A stretch of 64,000 bases of DNA. Source: an uncultured bacterium. GTDB lineage: Bacteria; Actinomycetota; Acidimicrobiia; Spongiisociales; UBA5794. Under the pieces are notes generated by a model. It saw only the letters and a list, made by a program, of their open reading frames with translations, had not been told where the DNA came from and ran no database searches. Position 1 is the stretch's first letter, and each line of letters starts with the position of its first letter. Made by a program: the position numbers and the translations under genes. Location: the NCBI GenBank assembly GCA_963801165.1, contig CAWDDT010000006.1:32001-96000 (forward strand), in the 5' to 3' direction. This document shows positions 59,235 through 64,000 of this stretch, piece after piece.

Positions 59235-60373
59235 GGTGTACCTCCCCGGCGGGGAACCACGGCTTCCACGAACCAGCCTTGCTCAGGGTGAGGGCCTGCC
59301 GAGAACGAGCCGCCCAGTAGCTTGACCCGCTCGGCCATACCGGCGAGCCCGAACCCGGCATTGGCGCCCGGCGGCGCAGGAGAGACGCCGTCATCACGCA
59401 CCGAGAGCCGCACCGAGTCCTCGTCGCCGATGACGCGCACAAGGACACTTGTCGCTGCCTGAGCGTGCCGGCGGGCGTTTGTCACGGATTCCTGCGCCAG
59501 CCGGTAGACCGCGGTGTCCACCGGTGCCGGCAGGCCGGTGAGGTTGCCGATCAGTTCCACCTCCACGATGGGGTTCGCCGTCTTGTCGGTCAGGCGCTTG
59601 ATGTCGGCTACTCCAGGCTGCGGCGCCAGGTCGACGGGCTCACCACGGCGCAGCACCCCGACCATAGAGCGCATTTCGGCGAGGGTGCGGGACGCCTCCC
59701 TTTCGATCACGTCCAGCGCTCGGAGCGCTGCGTCAGGATCGCCGGCGGCGACGGTCGTTCCGGCCTGCGCCTGGATCGCGATGGCCGAAACGTGGTGGGC
59801 GACCGTGTCGTGAAGCTCACGAGCTAGCTGTTCTCGCTCCTGGAGCCGAGCCTGTTCGACCGCGCGGTCCAGTGATGTCCTCCGGTATCGAACGGATGCG
59901 CCGACCGCGCCCAGGAACAGCAGAAAGATGCTGCCCCCGATGGCGTCGCTCAGCAAGACGCTGTCGTCCACAATGGCAATCCAGGGGGTTATCACCATGA
60001 CGGACAGACCAATGATGGCATCCCGCCCCGAGCCCCAGCGCAACAGGCTGTAAGGAAGCACCACAATGAACGCCGCGCTGTAGATGCCGTCGCTGACCGC
60101 TCCGGCGAGCGTGGTGCCCAAAGTCAGCGCAATCCCGACGCCGAACACTGTCGCGGTGACCGCAAGCGGGCGGGTGCGGCGGAACGGCAGGACGAGAGCC
60201 GCCATCGCGACGTAGAGCAATTGGGCTTCCTTCCACGGCAGGGTGCGCAACGCCGACTCGGCGATGGCGGCGATGACGACCGCGGCGGTGAACCACCAGT
60301 CCCATTTCCCCGGTGGCGGCGGGTTGGGCACTGCTGGCTCGGTCCACGCAGATCGGAAGGCTCGTCGCATCAC
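59231..60373 (-). CDS. HisKA_3 sensor histidine kinase
   Basis: LARELHDTVAHH, YRLAQESVTNARRHA, VRDDG, GFGLAGMAER. Confidence 0.93.
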   Translation of the reverse strand: MMRRAFRSAWTEPAVPNPPPPGKWDWWFTAAVVIAAIAESALRTLPWKEAQLLYVAMAALVLPFRRTRPLAVTATVFGVGIALTLGTTLAGAVSDGIYSAAFIVVLPYSLLRWGSGRDAIIGLSVMVITPWIAIVDDSVLLSDAIGGSIFLLFLGAVGASVRYRRTSLDRAVEQARLQEREQLARELHDTVAHHVSAIAIQAQAGTTVAAGDPDAALRALDVIEREASRTLAEMRSMVGVLRRGEPVDLAPQPGVADIKRLTDKTANPIVEVELIGNLTGLPAPVDTAVYRLAQESVTNARRHAQAATSVLVRVIGDEDSVRLSVRDDGVSPAPPGANAGFGLAGMAERVKLLGGSFSAGPHPEQGWFVEAVVPRRGGTP

Positions 60374-60525
60374 TTCGCAGCGTAGAGGAAAGGGCCATCA
60401 CGACGGATCAGCCGGAAGTACGACTTCGGGCTCGGCCGTGCGGCCGGATGGATAGTGGCCGTACTCCCGATGGCGAGGCGGGTCTCTTTCGAGACGATGC
60501 CGGCGACTTCTGAGAAGGAGAGGAA

Positions 60526-62763
60526 ATGTCAAACGCGCTATACCGACTGGGCCGGTTTGCTGCCGGGCACCCCTGGCGAGTCATCGCCACATGGCTCATC
60601 ATCTCGGTCCTGGTCATCGGAACGTCCGCCACCCTCGGTGAGACCCTCAAGGAGTCGACGGCCGTACCCGGCCTCGATTCACAGCAAGCGACCGACCTGC
60701 TCACCGCGGCGCACTCGGATTCTGCCGGCCTATCTGCCGAGGTCGTCGTCACTCCCCGCAATGGGGCGACGTTCTTCGATTCTGCGGCGGCTCGAGCCGA
60801 CCTCGCCACGGTGGGAGAGATGGTGAACGACCTGCCAAACGTGCTCTATGCATCCGATCCCGCCGGGACGCTCGCGGAGGGGGCGGAGGCGGCAATCACA
60901 AGCGGGTCCGTTTCCGCAGACGGGCGGATCGCCCTCATCCGCGTTCGATACCCGGTCGCCGAGCAACTCAGCGCAGTCGATCTGGACAACTTCAAGAACA
61001 TGGCCGCCGCCGCTGCCGCCACGACCTCCCTGACGGTCGAGATCAGGGGTGACCTGTTCTTCTCGTTCGAATCCGGCGAGACCAATGCCGGTGAGATGAT
61101 TGGCCTGGTCGTGGCCGCAGTCATACTGCTGATCGCGTTCGGCTCCCTGCTCGCGATGGGTCTCCCGATCGGCATTGCCCTTTTCGGCATCGGGATCGGG
61201 GTAGCTGCGATGCCGCTGATCACGTATCTGATCGAGATCCCCAGCTTTGCTCCGGAGATGGCGAGCATGATCGGGCTCGGTGTCGGCATCGACTACGCCT
61301 TGTTCCTCGTTACCCGGCACCGCGAACACCTGGCTCTTGGTATGACCGTCGTCGATGCCGCGGGGAGGGCTACCGCCACCGCCGGCCAGGCCATCGTGTT
61401 CGCCGGTGGCACAGTGGTCATCGCCATTCTCGGCATGGGTGTCGCCGGTCTCCCGTTCATGACGGCAGGTGGGGTGGCGTCTGCGTTCATCGTGATGGTG
61501 ATGGTCTTCGCCTCCATCACGTTGCTCCCGGCCTTCCTCGGTCTCGCCGGATACCGCATGAAGCGGCTCAGCCTGCACCGGAGGCGCGCAACCCACCGGC
61601 GGGGTAAGGCGCCCATCTGGATGCGGTGGGGCCGGCACGTCTCCGGCCACGCCAAGACCTACGCCGTCGGGTCTGCGGTGCTGTTGTTGGCGCTGACGAC
61701 ACCGGTGCTCGCGCTGCGGCTCGGCTTTCCCGACGACGGCACGTTGCCCCAAACCCGGACCGAGCGCAGGGCCTACGATCTAGTCGCCGAGGGCTTCGGA
61801 CGCGGCGCCAACGGTCCGCTGCTCATCGCAGTCGACATCTCCGGGGATGCCACCGTCGTCGATCCGCTCAAAGTGGCGGTGGCGGCCGACGCCGGGATTG
61901 CAGCGGTGGCGCCGCCGGAAGTGAACACCGCCGCGGGAGTAGCCACGTTGGTCGCGTTCCCCACGACGGCGCCCCAGGACGATGCGACGGTCGACACGAT
62001 TAGGAGGCTTCGCAACGACGTGTTCCCACCCATCCTCGGGAACAGTCCGGCCGAGGCTCACGTCGGCGGGCTGACCGCGAGCTTCGCCGACATGGGTGAG
62101 AAGGTGACCGGGCGGCTCCCGTACTTCATCGGTACTGTGATCCTGCTGTCCTTCCTTCTACTGACGATGCTTTTCCGGTCGGTGCTGGTTCCGCTCAAAG
62201 CGGCACTGCTCAACCTCCTCAGCATCGGCGCTGCATATGGAGTGCTGGTGATGGTGTTCCAGTGGGGGTGGGGAGCGAGTCTGATCGGTCTCGAGTCGAC
62301 GGTCCCGATCGTGTCGTTCATACCGATGTTCATGTTCGCTGTGCTATTTGGCCTGTCGATGGACTACGAGGTGTTCCTGCTGTCCCGGATTCGCGAGGAG
62401 TACCTGCTCAGCAGGGACAATCAGGACGCCGTCATAAACGGCATCGCCGGTACAGCCAGGGTGATCACCTCCGCTGCCTTGATCATGATCTCGGTGTTCC
62501 TCGGCTTCGTGCTGGGTACCGACCCGAGCATCAAGATGGTGGGTCTGGGCCTGGCAACCGCAATCCTGGTGGATGCCACCGTCGTCCGGATGGTCCTCGT
62601 CCCAGCAACGATGAAGCTGCTCGGCGACGCCAACTGGTGGATCCCACGGTGGCTCGATCGAGTCCTGCCAACGATTCACATAGAGGGCGAGGCCGGGCTG
62701 CCTGAGCCTGAGTTTGTGATCGGCAGCCCGGTCGGCTCACCGGAACTGGCTCAGGTGAGCTGA
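60526..62763 (+). CDS. MMPL-family (RND) transporter
   Basis: AAGGAGAGG SD; GVGIDYALF, FGLSMDYEVFL, TARVITSAA, LLGDANWW. Confidence 0.93.
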   Translation: MSNALYRLGRFAAGHPWRVIATWLIISVLVIGTSATLGETLKESTAVPGLDSQQATDLLTAAHSDSAGLSAEVVVTPRNGATFFDSAAARADLATVGEMVNDLPNVLYASDPAGTLAEGAEAAITSGSVSADGRIALIRVRYPVAEQLSAVDLDNFKNMAAAAAATTSLTVEIRGDLFFSFESGETNAGEMIGLVVAAVILLIAFGSLLAMGLPIGIALFGIGIGVAAMPLITYLIEIPSFAPEMASMIGLGVGIDYALFLVTRHREHLALGMTVVDAAGRATATAGQAIVFAGGTVVIAILGMGVAGLPFMTAGGVASAFIVMVMVFASITLLPAFLGLAGYRMKRLSLHRRRATHRRGKAPIWMRWGRHVSGHAKTYAVGSAVLLLALTTPVLALRLGFPDDGTLPQTRTERRAYDLVAEGFGRGANGPLLIAVDISGDATVVDPLKVAVAADAGIAAVAPPEVNTAAGVATLVAFPTTAPQDDATVDTIRRLRNDVFPPILGNSPAEAHVGGLTASFADMGEKVTGRLPYFIGTVILLSFLLLTMLFRSVLVPLKAALLNLLSIGAAYGVLVMVFQWGWGASLIGLESTVPIVSFIPMFMFAVLFGLSMDYEVFLLSRIREEYLLSRDNQDAVINGIAGTARVITSAALIMISVFLGFVLGTDPSIKMVGLGLATAILVDATVVRMVLVPATMKLLGDANWWIPRWLDRVLPTIHIEGEAGLPEPEFVIGSPVGSPELAQVS

Positions 62764-62843
62764 CCGGGCGAACCCGAGCTACACCTCGGGGAGCGTCTCA
62801 CCCTGTGCGGCGGTGAGACCGCAGATCGCGTCCGGGCCTTGGC

Positions 62844-62909
62844 CTACGGGTGCCAAGCCCCGCCGACGATGCCCGACGATCGGGCGACGTACCAGGCGAG
62901 TTCCTTCAT
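62844..62909 (-). pseudogene. 5' stub of a ferric-reductase-like membrane gene
   Basis: ATGA overlap with the apbE stop; MKELAWYVARSSGIV, then stop after 21 codons. Confidence 0.55.
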
Positions 62910-63850
62910 GGTGAGATTCCTTCTCTGAACAACTGGTGTGGGATGAAATCTGTGAATCTGCTGAGCCCCGGAGTACAAAGGACGGCCCCGTCCCGGGTCA
63001 CTGCCATTGCCTCCAGGCCGGTTCCGGAGACGAGCTCGAGCCAGCCATCGGAGCCGGCGAGGAGACACGCCTTGGCGATGACCTCGGCTCGCCAGGCGCT
63101 GGCTCCCACGACTGACACCAGGGTGAGGTCCGTCTCCGCAGGATTTCCCGTAGCGGGGTCTATCAGGTGATGGCGAACCTCGCTGCCGCTCGTCCACCGG
63201 CGCAACAGACTTGTCGAGGTGGCGACGGCTCCCGTAGCGAGTCCGAGCGTCGTCAGCGGGTCGGTTGTTTCAGGGTGGTCGATTGCGATCGTCCACCCCT
63301 CCTCCTGTGGGGCGAGACCTTCGACATGGATGTCACCTCCGAGATTGATGCAAACACCGGCGGCCCCGGCAGCGCTTAGCTCCGCTGCCACCGTGTCTGC
63401 GGCGAGGCCCTTGCCGATGCCTCCCGGGTCGAACCCCGTTCCCGGTGCGAGCAGGACCGTTGGCCCGATCACGTTGATCGAACCAGGGAACAGGTCGCTG
63501 ATCCCGCGAGGATCGCCCGGGAGCTGGTCGAACGGTCTGTCGTATCCGGCTCTGATGACGTCGCCCAACACGGTGGCGTCGAATCGGCCACCGGTGATGT
63601 GGTTCGCCTCTAGAGCCCTGGCAACAAGTAGCCGGGTGTCATCGGACACCAACACCGGGATTCCTTGTGAACGGTTGAGTATCGAGATCTCGCTAGTCGG
63701 GACGAACCGGCTCCATCTCCGCTCCAGCTCATCGATCCGGGAGCGGGCGACGCCGACCGCATCGGAGTGGCCCCCGACCACGATGATGTGGCACTCCGAG
63801 CCCATTGCCCGAAAGCGCAGTTCTGCGGAGGTGGCGTGATCAGCTGCCAT
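62906..63850 (-). CDS. apbE: FAD:protein FMN transferase ApbE
   Basis: FRAMGS, WSRF..SEIS.LN, TGGRFD.TV, DPGGIGKG, NLGGD, VATS, HHLIDP.TG. Confidence 0.93.
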   Translation of the reverse strand: MAADHATSAELRFRAMGSECHIIVVGGHSDAVGVARSRIDELERRWSRFVPTSEISILNRSQGIPVLVSDDTRLLVARALEANHITGGRFDATVLGDVIRAGYDRPFDQLPGDPRGISDLFPGSINVIGPTVLLAPGTGFDPGGIGKGLAADTVAAELSAAGAAGVCINLGGDIHVEGLAPQEEGWTIAIDHPETTDPLTTLGLATGAVATSTSLLRRWTSGSEVRHHLIDPATGNPAETDLTLVSVVGASAWRAEVIAKACLLAGSDGWLELVSGTGLEAMAVTRDGAVLCTPGLSRFTDFIPHQLFREGISP

Positions 63851-64000
63851 GGCTCGAGGTGAGGGACGGGCGTGACGACGAGGAGCCCGAGGGCACGGCT
63901 GATGACGACTGGCTGATCCGGGCTTCGGTTGTGGTTGTAGTTGTGGTCGCCGGCGAGCCGTCTGCCGCAGCGGCAACGGTCGATGAGTCGGCGGATGTCG
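63840..64000 (-). CDS. Partial CDS: Ser/Thr-rich tail ending TSSHGS (candidate ApbE substrate)
   Basis: Frame open from the window edge: TSADSST..ATTTTTTT..SRPSLTSSHGS*; overlaps the apbE start. Confidence 0.55.
   Translation of the reverse strand, partial: TSADSSTVAAAADGSPATTTTTTTEARISQSSSAVPSGSSSSRPSLTSSHGS

Noticed and set aside
1-64000. tRNA, rRNA, IS elements, prophage or known anti-phage systems
   Set aside because: No recognisable motifs by eye; the STAND protein has the BTAD regulator architecture, not an Avs effector layout

Overview
High-GC window that looks like an actinobacterial accessory region (Acidimicrobiia-like by gene content; this is inference). It has about 55 CDS: flavin/F420 oxidoreductases, hydrolases, NhaA and CPA2-USP antiporters, LuxR/MarR/TetR/AfsR regulators, a glycosyltransferase-GH130 block, two RRM RNA-binding protein genes, a NarL-type two-component system with an MMPL gene, and apbE. 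Several frameshifted or truncated gene remnants are scattered through it. I recognised no rRNA, tRNA, CRISPR array, transposase or integrase. Three signals stand out. (1) An ~85-nt promoter plus structured 5' leader is conserved upstream of both RRM genes. (2) Two paralogous 40-47 aa Lys-rich microproteins each have their own promoter, hairpin and SD, and one lies just downstream of an RRM gene. (3) An AfsR/STAND regulator is flanked on both sides by afsS-type promoters that drive three lipoproteins, one carrying a von Willebrand D domain. All product calls come from motif recognition by eye; no database searches were run.
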